A stretch of DNA of 64,000 nt from Minisyncoccota bacterium (GTDB lineage Bacteria > Patescibacteriota > Microgenomatia > PFEM01 > JAFGMK01): NCBI GenBank assembly GCA_016927565.1, contig JAFGMK010000013.1, forward strand, positions 8,796 to 72,795, in the 5' to 3' direction. This document shows, in pieces, positions 17,929-26,750 of the stretch. The translations under genes were made by a program, and so were the position numbers. Numbering within the stretch: position 1 is the first letter of the stretch; the number at the start of each line of letters is the position of its first letter. Under the pieces are notes generated by a model. The model made no database searches, was not told the DNA's origin, and saw only the letters and a program-made list of their open reading frames with translations.

Positions 17929-19179
17929 ATGAGGCTAACTTTAAAACAAATTAGACGGGCGGCATTTATTTTGGCTTTTTTGTTTCTTGCCGGCTGGACC
18001 GGTTTTTGGCTGGGGCAAAAATCAGCCGGTCTTTTTTTTCCGGGAAGCCAATCGGGTTCTAACCTGAGTTTGTTGAAGAAAGGAAACGAAGTAAATCTTG
18101 ATCTTTTTTGGGATGTCTGGAACCGCCTGGAAAATTCTTTTATTGATCAAAGTAAACTTGACTCGGAAAAGATGATTTATGGGGCGATTGAAGGAATGGT
18201 TGCTTCGCTGGGTGATCCTTATACATCTTTTTTACCTCCGGAAGAAAACCAGCGGAGTCTTCAAGATTTAGCCGGCTCCTTCGGAGGAGTAGGGATTCAG
18301 CTTGGGTTTCTGGAGTCCGGCTTGGCAGTGATTGCTCCTTTAAGTCAAACTCCGGCTGAAGAAGCCGGAATTAAGGCAGGTGATCTGATTCTGAAAATTG
18401 ATGATCAGGAAACTCTGGCAATGAGTTTGCCTCAGGCGGTAAATCTGATCAGAGGCGAGGAAGGAACCCAAGTCAGCCTGATTCTTAAACGCGAATCAAT
18501 CAAGGAGCCTTTTGAAGTTAAAGTTACCCGGGGAGAGATTTTAGTCAAGAGCGTTGAGGTGGATTTCCTGAATGACTGGTGCGGCCAGTCAAAGTGTCCG
18601 CTAGTGACCCATTTGAAATTAATTCGTTTCGGTGATCGGACTAACGAAGAATGGTCTGAGGCGGTGGCATTGATCAAAAAAAAGTGCCCGGTCGAAAGTT
18701 CGGATTGCCGGGGAATAATCCTGGACCTTCGGAATAATCCCGGAGGATATTTGGCCAGTTCAGTTTTTATTGCCTCGGAATTTTTACCTTCGGGGACAGT
18801 AGCTCAGGAAGAAGACTCGAGTGGCCGCCGCCAACCTTTTTTAGTCAATCGCCAGGGTAGCCTGCTGAAACATTCTTTAGTAGTTCTGGTTGATCAGGGG
18901 AGCGCTTCGGCTTCGGAAATTGTTGCCGGAGCTCTTAAAGAAAACCAGCGGGCAGCAGTAATTGGAGAAGCTACTTTCGGCAAGGGTTCAATTCAGGATC
19001 TTCAGGATTTGAGAGGTGGTGGCGGGCTTTATATCACAACTAACCGGTGGTTGTTACCCGGCGGCCAGTCGGTTGAAAATCAGGGCCTTGAGCCTGATTA
19101 TTTGGTGGAAAATGATCCGGATCGGCCTGAAGAAGATAATCAATTGCAAAAAGCCATTGAAATTTTAAGCAGCTTGTAA
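17929..19179 (+). CDS. ctpA: carboxyl-terminal processing protease (S41) with PDZ domain
   Basis: PDZ domain (AGIKAGDLILKIDD) and S41 motifs GIILDLRNNPGGYL and LVDQGSASASEIVAGAL. Confidence 0.85.
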   Translation: MRLTLKQIRRAAFILAFLFLAGWTGFWLGQKSAGLFFPGSQSGSNLSLLKKGNEVNLDLFWDVWNRLENSFIDQSKLDSEKMIYGAIEGMVASLGDPYTSFLPPEENQRSLQDLAGSFGGVGIQLGFLESGLAVIAPLSQTPAEEAGIKAGDLILKIDDQETLAMSLPQAVNLIRGEEGTQVSLILKRESIKEPFEVKVTRGEILVKSVEVDFLNDWCGQSKCPLVTHLKLIRFGDRTNEEWSEAVALIKKKCPVESSDCRGIILDLRNNPGGYLASSVFIASEFLPSGTVAQEEDSSGRRQPFLVNRQGSLLKHSLVVLVDQGSASASEIVAGALKENQRAAVIGEATFGKGSIQDLQDLRGGGGLYITTNRWLLPGGQSVENQGLEPDYLVENDPDRPEEDNQLQKAIEILSSL

Positions 19180-19209
19180 TAGTATTAAAAGGTTAAAGGA
19201 AAGAGGTAA

Positions 19210-20400
19210 ATGGAAACATCTCAGAAGCAAAATAAATACGCCGTCAGGTTCTTTCTTTTTCTAGCTGTTTTTTTTCTTTTGGGAACAGCAGTAATTGGAG
19301 GGGCCGGACTGGACCGGTATTTCAAGTTTTCTTTTCTTGATGACTGGTTTCCCCGGTCGGAGTCCGGGGCATCTCAAATTGTTTCTCAGCGGATTCTGAA
19401 TGAAGAATCTCGGGTGATTGAGGTGGTGGAAAAAGTCGGCCAGTCAGTGGTAACGATTAATATTTCCAAAAAACAAGTGGTTTCTCCATTTGGCGGAATT
19501 GATTTGGGCCCGTTTGGTTTTTTTGGACCGTCAATTGGCGGTCGGGAAGAGCAGATTGAACAAGATATCGGCAGCGGTTTTATTATTTCGTCTGACGGTT
19601 TAATTGTCACTAACCGTCATGTTGTTGAAGACCGGGAAGCTGATTATAAAGTTATTACGAGCGATGATCAGACTTATGAAGTGGAAAAGATATACCGGGA
19701 TCAAGTTAATGACTTGGCGATTTTAAAGATTAATGGCGGGGATTTGAAGCCGGTTGAATTGGGTGACTCCGATAAGCTCAAAGTTGGCCAATTTGTAATT
19801 GCGATCGGAACTGCCTTGGGAGAGTTTAGAACTACTGTTACTACCGGGGTGATTTCCGGTTTAGGCCGGGGAATTACAGCCGGTTCGCCGTTTGAGGGTT
19901 ATGTTGAACAAATCGACAATGTAATCCAGACTGATGCGGCCATTAATCCGGGCAACTCAGGCGGGCCGCTTTTGAACAGCTTGGGACAGGTGATTGGAGT
20001 AAATGTTGCCGTGGCTCCTCAAGGAGAAAATATTGCTTTTGCCATCCCGATTGATGTTATTAAAGAAAGCCTGGATAATTTTAATGATACCGGCCAGTTC
20101 AGCCGGCCTTTTTTGGGAGTGCGTTACCGGATGGTTGGTCAGGATCTGGCGATTATGGCTGAAGTTCCCCAGGGAGCTTATATTGAAGAAGTGATTGTCG
20201 GGACTCCGGCTGAAGCGGCCGGTCTTAAAGCCGGTGACATTATCACCCGGTTTGAGGGCCAGCCGGTGAGAGATGATAAGGGCGGTTTAGCCAAATTAAT
20301 CAACCAGAAAAAAGTTAACAGCCGGATCCGTCTGACTGTTTGGCGAAATGGCAGCGAAAGCGAAATCGAAGTAGTTTTAAAAGAAGTTGATAATAATTAG
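19210..20400 (+). CDS. htrA: HtrA/DegP-family serine protease (trypsin-like plus PDZ)
   Basis: Catalytic His (VTNRHVV), Asp (NDLAILKI) and Ser (NPGNSGGPLLN), plus a C-terminal PDZ domain. Confidence 0.9.
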   Translation: METSQKQNKYAVRFFLFLAVFFLLGTAVIGGAGLDRYFKFSFLDDWFPRSESGASQIVSQRILNEESRVIEVVEKVGQSVVTINISKKQVVSPFGGIDLGPFGFFGPSIGGREEQIEQDIGSGFIISSDGLIVTNRHVVEDREADYKVITSDDQTYEVEKIYRDQVNDLAILKINGGDLKPVELGDSDKLKVGQFVIAIGTALGEFRTTVTTGVISGLGRGITAGSPFEGYVEQIDNVIQTDAAINPGNSGGPLLNSLGQVIGVNVAVAPQGENIAFAIPIDVIKESLDNFNDTGQFSRPFLGVRYRMVGQDLAIMAEVPQGAYIEEVIVGTPAEAAGLKAGDIITRFEGQPVRDDKGGLAKLINQKKVNSRIRLTVWRNGSESEIEVVLKEVDNN

Positions 20401-21095
20401 GTAAATTTTGAATTTTTCAGGGTCTTAACCACTTTTTCCAGATTGCCGTCAAGAATTTCTTCCAGATTGTACCATTTTTTATTGACCCGATGATCAGTAA
20501 TGCGGCTGTTGGGATAGTTGTAGGTTCTGATTTTCTCTGAGCGCATTCCCCGGCCGACAGCGGCTCGACGGAGTCCGGTAAGCTGTTTTTGTTTTTTTTC
20601 TTCTTCCCGCTGCCAAATTTTAGCCCGTAAAAGCTCCAGGGCTATTTTGCGATTTTGTTCTTGGAATCGTTCCTGTTCGCAGGTGGCAAGTAAGCCGGTG
20701 GGTTTATGGGTAACTCTGACAGCAGTGGAAACTTTCTGAACATTTTGACCTCCCTGAGTTGAGGCGCGGTAAAATTGCCAGTCGAGATCAGCGGGATTAA
20801 TTTTGATTTCGGTTTCCGGAATCAGGGGCAAAACCGCGACCGAAGCAGTTGAAGTGTGGATTCGGCCGTAGCGCTCGGTAGCAGGAATTCGCTGAACCCG
20901 ATGAACGCCGGCCTCGGTTTTCAGGCTTTCATAGGCTTCAGGGCCGTTGATCCGCAGAGTATTTTTTCCGGGCAATTTTACTTGCCAGCCTTTTTTTTGG
21001 CTGAAACGAAGATACATCCTCAGGAGATCATCCGCCCAAATTTTAGCTTCATCCCCTCCGGCGGCAGGCCTGATTTCGACAAGACAACTAGCCAC
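20397..21095 (-). CDS. class-I peptide chain release factor, RF1-type (PAT and GGQ motifs), lacking the entire N-terminal domain 1; GTG start
   Basis: Begins at the RF1 EIRPAAGGDEA region, which lies near residue 120 in full-length RF1. Has RIPATERYGRIHTS and GGQ. An in-frame TAA lies two codons upstream, and an rpmE terminator hairpin abuts the start. Confidence 0.75.
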   Translation of the reverse strand: MASCLVEIRPAAGGDEAKIWADDLLRMYLRFSQKKGWQVKLPGKNTLRINGPEAYESLKTEAGVHRVQRIPATERYGRIHTSTASVAVLPLIPETEIKINPADLDWQFYRASTQGGQNVQKVSTAVRVTHKPTGLLATCEQERFQEQNRKIALELLRAKIWQREEEKKQKQLTGLRRAAVGRGMRSEKIRTYNYPNSRITDHRVNKKWYNLEEILDGNLEKVVKTLKNSKFT

Positions 21096-21097
21096 TT

Positions 21098-21126
21098 TTT
21101 AAAAAAAAGACACTCCAAGAGTGTCT
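21098..21126 (-). terminator. Rho-independent terminator of rpmE (agacactc-ttgg-gagtgtct plus T8 on the minus strand)
   Basis: Hairpin followed by a T-run on the minus strand, directly 3' of rpmE. Confidence 0.7.
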
Positions 21127-21145
21127 GCAGATTAATAAGATTAAT

Positions 21146-21472
21146 TTAGCCTTTTTTCAGCATTTCCCGTAAGCTCTTGGGTCTTTCTCTTTCTTTTCTT
21201 TCTTCTTCAAGCCGTTTGATTTTCTCACTAGTTTCTCGTCTGATTTTTTTCTTGACAAAAATTTCTTTTTTGGCTTTAGCTTGTTTCTTTTGAAATTTTT
21301 CCACTTTTCCGAGAGTGTCAACATATTTCATCTCGCCGGTAAAAAAGGGATGACAGGCGGAGCAAATTTCAACTTCTATCTTGGGTTTAGTTGAGCCGGT
21401 AGTAAAAGTATTGCCGCAGGCACAAACAACCTGAGCTTGAGGATAATAAGTCGGATGAACTTTCTTTTTCAT
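21146..21472 (-). CDS. rpmE: 50S ribosomal protein L31 (zinc-binding type) with a long Lys/Glu-rich C-terminal extension
   Basis: CACG...CSACHPFF zinc ribbon. Total 108 aa against about 70 typical. Confidence 0.8.
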   Translation of the reverse strand: MKKKVHPTYYPQAQVVCACGNTFTTGSTKPKIEVEICSACHPFFTGEMKYVDTLGKVEKFQKKQAKAKKEIFVKKKIRRETSEKIKRLEEERKERERPKSLREMLKKG

Positions 21473-21513
21473 AAGAAGGATTTTACCATAAAGGCAAAAA
21501 TAAAAAAAGAGGC

Positions 21514-22464
21514 CTAGCTTTTACCCTTAATGATTTCGGAGCGGGACTCGGCTAAAAAAACACCCAATCCAATCAGACCGGCGCCAAGCCAAAAAGGCAG
21601 GCTCATTTTTTCGTCAAGCCAAAAAAAAGCCAGTGGAGCGGCAAAGACCGGCTGAAGATAGGTAAAAATGGTTCCTTCTGAGGCTTCAATCAGAGACATG
21701 CCCCAATTATGAGTGGTATAAGCGATAACGGAGGAAAAAATACTCATGTATAAGATGCCGGGGATAGCTTTAGGGTCAGGGGTAGCAACTCTTAGTGGTG
21801 GTTCCGGTGCTTGATAGGGGAAACGCTGAGGGTTGTAAAGGGCCTTTTGGTTGAGGAAAAGGGGAGTAAGGATTACAACGCCGGAGAAAAAAGTAATGGC
21901 GGTGAGGACTAAGGGAGAGTGTTTATCAGACTGTTTTTTTATCAAGATACAATAAGTGGTCCAGACAAAGTTATGGATTAAAAGTAAAAGATTGCCCCAG
22001 AGATGGGATCTGGCAAAGCCGTTGCCAGCAATGAGGGGTTGGATAACGGTAAGGACGGTGCCTCCTAAAGCAATGGTCAAGCCCAGTCTTTCTCTTTTAG
22101 TGACTTTTTCTTTTAAAAACCAGGCGCCTGAAAGAACAACTAATACCGGGGCCATGGCAATGATGAGTGAGGCGTTAAGAGAGCTGGTTCGGTCAGCGCC
22201 GAAAAAGATTAAAAGCAGAGTAATAGGACCGCCGATGGCCCCGATCCCGCCCAGCTTAATCAGTTGCCGGAGGGATAGAGGTTTTTTTCGAATGGCCATT
22301 AAAAAAGGAACCGAAAAAAGAAGGCTGACGAGAATAAATCGGTAAAACAAAAAGCTGATCGGATCAATGAAGGTTAAAGTGTATTTAACAATCGGGGCGG
22401 CGATGCCCCAAAGAGCGGCGGTAACCAGTAAGAGAAAATAAGCGGTCAACCTTTTTTTATCCAT
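21514..22464 (-). CDS. EamA/DMT-family transporter
   Basis: About 10 predicted TM helices in a duplicated EamA arrangement. Confidence 0.7.
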   Translation of the reverse strand: MDKKRLTAYFLLLVTAALWGIAAPIVKYTLTFIDPISFLFYRFILVSLLFSVPFLMAIRKKPLSLRQLIKLGGIGAIGGPITLLLIFFGADRTSSLNASLIIAMAPVLVVLSGAWFLKEKVTKRERLGLTIALGGTVLTVIQPLIAGNGFARSHLWGNLLLLIHNFVWTTYCILIKKQSDKHSPLVLTAITFFSGVVILTPLFLNQKALYNPQRFPYQAPEPPLRVATPDPKAIPGILYMSIFSSVIAYTTHNWGMSLIEASEGTIFTYLQPVFAAPLAFFWLDEKMSLPFWLGAGLIGLGVFLAESRSEIIKGKS

Positions 22465-22742
22465 TAAGCATTATCTTATTATTCCTGAAGATTAATTTCA
22501 ATGACTGGCGATCGATCTTTGAATACAGATTTAATTTGATTTGGCGCTTATCGCTCAGGAAACTCAGGCTGATTAAAGTCAGGCTGCTAGATTTTAGTGA
22601 GGTTCAGGTCAAGCAGGAAAAGTTTTTAGAAATTAAAATAACCCTAAAGTTAAAAAGATAAGCGCTAGAACTAAATTGGGGTTACCCAGGTAAGTTAAAA
22701 AAGTAGTTGCTTATCAAAAAAACTAAAATCTCAAGGATCTAT

Positions 22743-22773
22743 AAAAAACTGCCGAAAGCCAGGCAGTTTTTTA
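22743..22773. terminator. bidirectional Rho-independent terminator (aaaactgcc-gaaagcca-ggcagtttt)
   Basis: Stem flanked by an A-run and a T-run, located 3' of the 148-aa TrpR-like gene. Confidence 0.6.
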
Positions 22774-22878
22774 TTGGCTTTAAAACGAAGCGGGATTTGT
22801 TGGACATCTTTGCCTTCACTTTGTTGATTTAAATTATTGAAATGGAAAGCAGTTCTTGTTTTTTTGCTGAAATTCGTT

Positions 22879-23325
22879 TTAACCGAAGGGAGCTTGGGCT
22901 GCTTTTCTGGCAGCTGCTTTGGTCCTAAAGGTTTCTTTCCAGTTTTTGCCTTTGGGTGGAAGGATCCGGCTTAACTGCCAGTCTATCTCAGTCCAAAACT
23001 GTTCACTTTTTTGTTTCTTAATCGCTCTGCCAAGGACCTCCCGGTAACCCTTCCCGGCATGTTTTAACCAAAGGGCGACTTTGCCTATTGTCGCTGAGCT
23101 AACCTTTAGAGTTTCGTTGATTGATTGGTAATCGTAGCCTTTCAAAAGCATGAGAGCAATGGCGACTCTTTTTCCCAGCATGATCTTTTCGGTGGGGCTC
23201 AACAAGTCTTTGAAAAAAAATTTAACTTCTTCTTTGCCGCGCAGGTCATCAATTACATCCGAAAAGAGCTTAAAAACCTGTTTTTCTACTTTCTTTTCTA
23301 AGGGATGTCGGGAAACTTGGGACAT
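22879..23325 (-). CDS. TrpR-like (YerC/YecD family) HTH protein, longer paralog
   Basis: FFFKDLLSPTEKIMLGKRVAIALMLLKGYDYQSINETLKVSSATIGKV...GKGYREVL parallels the 97-aa YerC-like protein at 29983-30276. Confidence 0.55.
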   Translation of the reverse strand: MSQVSRHPLEKKVEKQVFKLFSDVIDDLRGKEEVKFFFKDLLSPTEKIMLGKRVAIALMLLKGYDYQSINETLKVSSATIGKVALWLKHAGKGYREVLGRAIKKQKSEQFWTEIDWQLSRILPPKGKNWKETFRTKAAARKAAQAPFG

Positions 23326-23342
23326 TTTCCTCCTTTAAGAAT

Positions 23343-23372
23343 ATACTTTAATAATTTAAATTATTAAAGTAT
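23343..23372. promoter_or_regulatory. perfect 30-bp palindrome ATACTTTAATAATTTAAATTATTAAAGTAT upstream of the TrpR-like gene, followed by (GGTT)4
   Basis: Seen directly. It ends 18 nt upstream of the start codon and overlaps the promoter/RBS region of the 22879-23325 gene. Confidence 0.5.
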
Positions 23373-23489
23373 GGTTGGTTGGTTGGTTTTTGTCAAGAGT
23401 TACAAGTTGGGCAAGGATAGGAAATGAAGATTCTTAATTGGGGCTTGTGCTGAAGGGGATATTGCAGTTGAAGATTTATTTTTTAAGGT

Positions 23490-23866
23490 TTAAAACAGAG
23501 AGAGTGCGGGTCTTGACGAAGTTTTGGACAGCTTGGCTTCTTTCATAGCGGGGCATATCAGTCGGTTCGAATAATTCCCCGGCGTGGAAAAAAACGGGGG
23601 CTTCTTAGGGAGCCGGGTGGGTGTGGGCGCCGATGGGTTTGGGTCGTTTTTGAATTGAGAAGGGATTTGGGGTTGTCTGGGCATAAACGTCAGCCATTGT
23701 TTGGAGGCGTCTTGGTGAGATAGCAATGATGTTCTTGCCGGTACTTGTTAAAGTGTATTGACTGTCGTAAGATCAGCAAGGCTTTTACTAAGAGCAATAA
23801 AACCATCCGGTTTGAGAGAAATAAGATGGGTTAAATTACCAAATTTGTCTCCTGTTGGGGATTTTG
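23490..23866 (-). pseudogene. possible degraded metallophosphoesterase (YfcE-like) remnant downstream of hisS
   Basis: Minus-strand fragments in different frames read ...IGAHTHPAP* and ...FFSTPGNYS, resembling the GHTH and INPGS blocks of calcineurin-like phosphoesterases. Multiple frameshifts or stops are present. Confidence 0.3.
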
Positions 23867-25189
23867 TTATTTGGCGGAGATTTCTTTCAAAAGATCGTCT
23901 TGAGGAATGGTTTTTTGAGTTCTTTTTTTTAGGTTTTTGATAGTGACAGTTTTATTTTTGACTTCATCGGGACCGATAATGACGGCAACGGGAATGCCTT
24001 TGCGGTCGGCAAATTTTAACTGTTTGTCTAGTTTGGCTGGTTCGGGATAAAGCATAGTGCGGGTATTTTCTTGACGTAATGATTGAGCAATTTCAAGAGA
24101 GTTATTGAAAGTGTTTTCTTGGAAATAGGTGACTAAAACCCGGATTTTAGTAGGGGAAATCTCAATCATTTGCCGGTCTTTGATAAGCTCCACGATTCTT
24201 TCAATGCCAAAAGAGCCGCCGGTAGCCGGAATCGGGCGGCCGATGAAATTGCTGATAACTTGATCATAGCGGCCGCAGCCGGCAATGGAACCAACATTTC
24301 CGTCAAGGACTTCAAATTCCCAAATAGGGCCGGTGTAGTAAGCCAGGCCTCGAGCGATGTAGGGACAAAATTGGAAACGATCTGGTTTGATTCCGGCCTG
24401 GTTAAGATAATTAAAAATTTCGGTTAGCTCCTTGATTCCCTCTAAACCAATGGGGATTTTTTTTAAGCTCTTTTGATATTTTTCCAAAAGCTCCTTGCTG
24501 GAGCCGGTTTCGGTGATTATCTTTAAGATCTTTTCGGCAACTTGGCGGTTGATATTTCTTTTTTCCAAGAGTTCTTTTAAAACAGCTTTTGGACCGATTT
24601 TAGGCAGCTTATCGATGGTTAGGCAAATGGGCATGAAGTCTTTTCCCTCGGCGCCAGCTAACTTAATAATTCCGTTTAAAAACTTACGATTGCTGATGCT
24701 GGCCTGGAACTTTGAAAAACCCAAGGACTTAATCGCCTCAATGCCCATTTCGATAAATTCAGCATCACAAATTACGGAAGAACTGCCGATGGTGTCGGCG
24801 TCACACTGAGTGAACTCGCGATAACGGCCTTTTTGGGGTTTTTCGGCCCGCCAGACATTTTGGATTTGATAGCGCTTGTAGGGCAGAGGAATTTGGTTAA
24901 TATTTTCAGCCACGGCCCGGCACATGGAGATCATGACTTCGTATTTGAGCATTACTTCCCGGCCGCCCTCATCAACAAAGCGGTAAAAAAGCTTTTCGGC
25001 TTCTTTGCCGGCCTTGCCGGCAAAGATCTCGACTGGTTCCAGGGCCGGAGTTTGCAGGGGTTCATAGCCGTATTTTTCAAAGACTTTTTTAAAAGTGTTG
25101 ATAACATAATCCCGGACCTGGATATCGTCTGCAAAAAAATCCCGGAAGCCGGCAAGGCGTTTTGGGACGTCTTTTGTTTGTTTGTTCAT
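23867..25189 (-). CDS. hisS: histidine--tRNA ligase
   Basis: Class II aaRS motifs and an N-terminus (RLAGFRDFFADD...) typical of HisRS; 440 aa. Confidence 0.9.
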   Translation of the reverse strand: MNKQTKDVPKRLAGFRDFFADDIQVRDYVINTFKKVFEKYGYEPLQTPALEPVEIFAGKAGKEAEKLFYRFVDEGGREVMLKYEVMISMCRAVAENINQIPLPYKRYQIQNVWRAEKPQKGRYREFTQCDADTIGSSSVICDAEFIEMGIEAIKSLGFSKFQASISNRKFLNGIIKLAGAEGKDFMPICLTIDKLPKIGPKAVLKELLEKRNINRQVAEKILKIITETGSSKELLEKYQKSLKKIPIGLEGIKELTEIFNYLNQAGIKPDRFQFCPYIARGLAYYTGPIWEFEVLDGNVGSIAGCGRYDQVISNFIGRPIPATGGSFGIERIVELIKDRQMIEISPTKIRVLVTYFQENTFNNSLEIAQSLRQENTRTMLYPEPAKLDKQLKFADRKGIPVAVIIGPDEVKNKTVTIKNLKKRTQKTIPQDDLLKEISAK

Positions 25190-25227
25190 GTTCTTCCTTT
25201 CTTGGATGATAGCATTTTTTTGATTTT

Positions 25228-26727
25228 TTAAAAAGTTAAATTGGTTTTTAGAAACTTGTTTGGGTTGGCAAGATAAAGCTTTTTAAATTTTAAAAAAAGC
25301 TTTAAGCCCTGAGCGTATTCTTCTTTGTCTCGGGAGTAGGAGAGGCGAAGCCAGAAACCAAGCTCAGGATCGGTTTGCCAGCGTTTTTGGTCAAAAGCAA
25401 AGCAAGGACCAATTTGAGTAACGAGGTTAGTGCAAAGATAGAGATTAAGACAGAAATCAAATTGATTTATTTTTTCAAGACCTCTGATCTTGATGAAAGT
25501 GTTAAAGGCAGAGATTTTTGGAGTTCGGGTGATAAGATCTTTTTTTAAGATTCTGATCGCCCTGTCATACATCTGGCTGTAATAGTTTTTGATTCTTCGG
25601 TTATAAGCCGAATAGCCTCGGTAGGTGTCTTTTAATTTTTTAATACTCAGATTGGCAATGGTGGGGCTGAAATTACTAAAAGCTTTTTTAGTCGTTTTAA
25701 AAGTCCGGTTTAGGTTTTCAGTTGAGATAAGCTTAGTTTTTATGGTTTGGATAAAGCTGTCTAAAGCAATGACGCCAGTAAAACAGGAGGCGGCAGCAAA
25801 ACATTGTCGGCCTTCAGAAATTTTTTCGATGCTTTTTAAAAGTTCCTTATTTTTAGAGAACAGATAACCAATTCGGAAGCCGGCCAAATTTTTGGACTTA
25901 GAGTAACCCTTAACAATGACAATATTATTGAGGGCGTTTAATTTTCTGGCAATTAGATCAGTTGGAGCAGGGGGCTGATTATAGATTAGTTCGGAGAAAA
26001 GTTCATCAACAAGCAAAAGAATCTTTTTTTTCTGACAGATCTGAATCAGCTTTTCAAGTTGCTCAGGGGAGTAAATCTGGCTGCTGGGATTACTGGGCTG
26101 AACTAGGGTGATTAGCCTGGTTTTAGGATTAATTTTTGCAAGGATATCGCTTAAAGCATTAAAACTGGTTAGGCCGTTTTTTAATGGTTTGATTTGAAAA
26201 GCCTCTTGGTAGGCAAGGCTGTAAAAACCAGCTAAGTATTTATAAAGATAGTAGGTGGGAGTGGCAATAATCACTTCGGCTTGAGGATTTTTGTTTTTGA
26301 TAAACTCAAAAACTTGGGAGATGGCGCCGGTGCTGCCCTCGGTTAGGGCAAAGTCTTGATAGTTGTAAATTGGCTTATCTTTAAACTTGCTGTTTTCCAT
26401 CAGGGCCAATGTCTGGCGGGCTTCGGTATTGCCTAGGGGGCAGTTATAGCTGCGGTAATAACGGTTTTTTTTAAGATCAGAGATAATTTGGTCGAGATAG
26501 TCGCGAAAAGCCAAACAATCAGAAGTTCCTGCTGAGAGCTTGAATTTGTCAAAAGGGATTTGTGATTTAACCAAAGCCGAAAGATCGGGACAATCGTCAG
26601 TAAACTTATCGTTAAACTGATAATAATTGAATCCAGTTTGTTTTTTGGTTTGTTTGTATAGATTCTGGATTATTTTTTCTGCTTTATTTTTATAGCTTGG
26701 CGAGGGATATTTTAAATTGCCAGTCAT
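25228..26727 (-). CDS. PLP-dependent aminotransferase class I/II (fold type I), unusually long (499 aa)
   Basis: YNCPLGNTEARQTLA region and a PLP-lysine block KGYSKSKNLAGFRIGYL. Confidence 0.7.
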   Translation of the reverse strand: MTGNLKYPSPSYKNKAEKIIQNLYKQTKKQTGFNYYQFNDKFTDDCPDLSALVKSQIPFDKFKLSAGTSDCLAFRDYLDQIISDLKKNRYYRSYNCPLGNTEARQTLALMENSKFKDKPIYNYQDFALTEGSTGAISQVFEFIKNKNPQAEVIIATPTYYLYKYLAGFYSLAYQEAFQIKPLKNGLTSFNALSDILAKINPKTRLITLVQPSNPSSQIYSPEQLEKLIQICQKKKILLLVDELFSELIYNQPPAPTDLIARKLNALNNIVIVKGYSKSKNLAGFRIGYLFSKNKELLKSIEKISEGRQCFAAASCFTGVIALDSFIQTIKTKLISTENLNRTFKTTKKAFSNFSPTIANLSIKKLKDTYRGYSAYNRRIKNYYSQMYDRAIRILKKDLITRTPKISAFNTFIKIRGLEKINQFDFCLNLYLCTNLVTQIGPCFAFDQKRWQTDPELGFWLRLSYSRDKEEYAQGLKLFLKFKKLYLANPNKFLKTNLTF

Positions 26728-26750
26728 GTTATTTCTCCTTTTTTTAAAAG

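Noticed and set aside
20397-21145. Considered whether the short release-factor ORF reflects the programmed +1 frameshift of prfB.
   Set aside because: The protein has the RF1 PAT motif, not the RF2 SPF motif. An in-frame TAA lies two codons upstream of the GTG. Only about 50 bp, a terminator hairpin, separates it from rpmE, so no upstream frame could supply domain 1.
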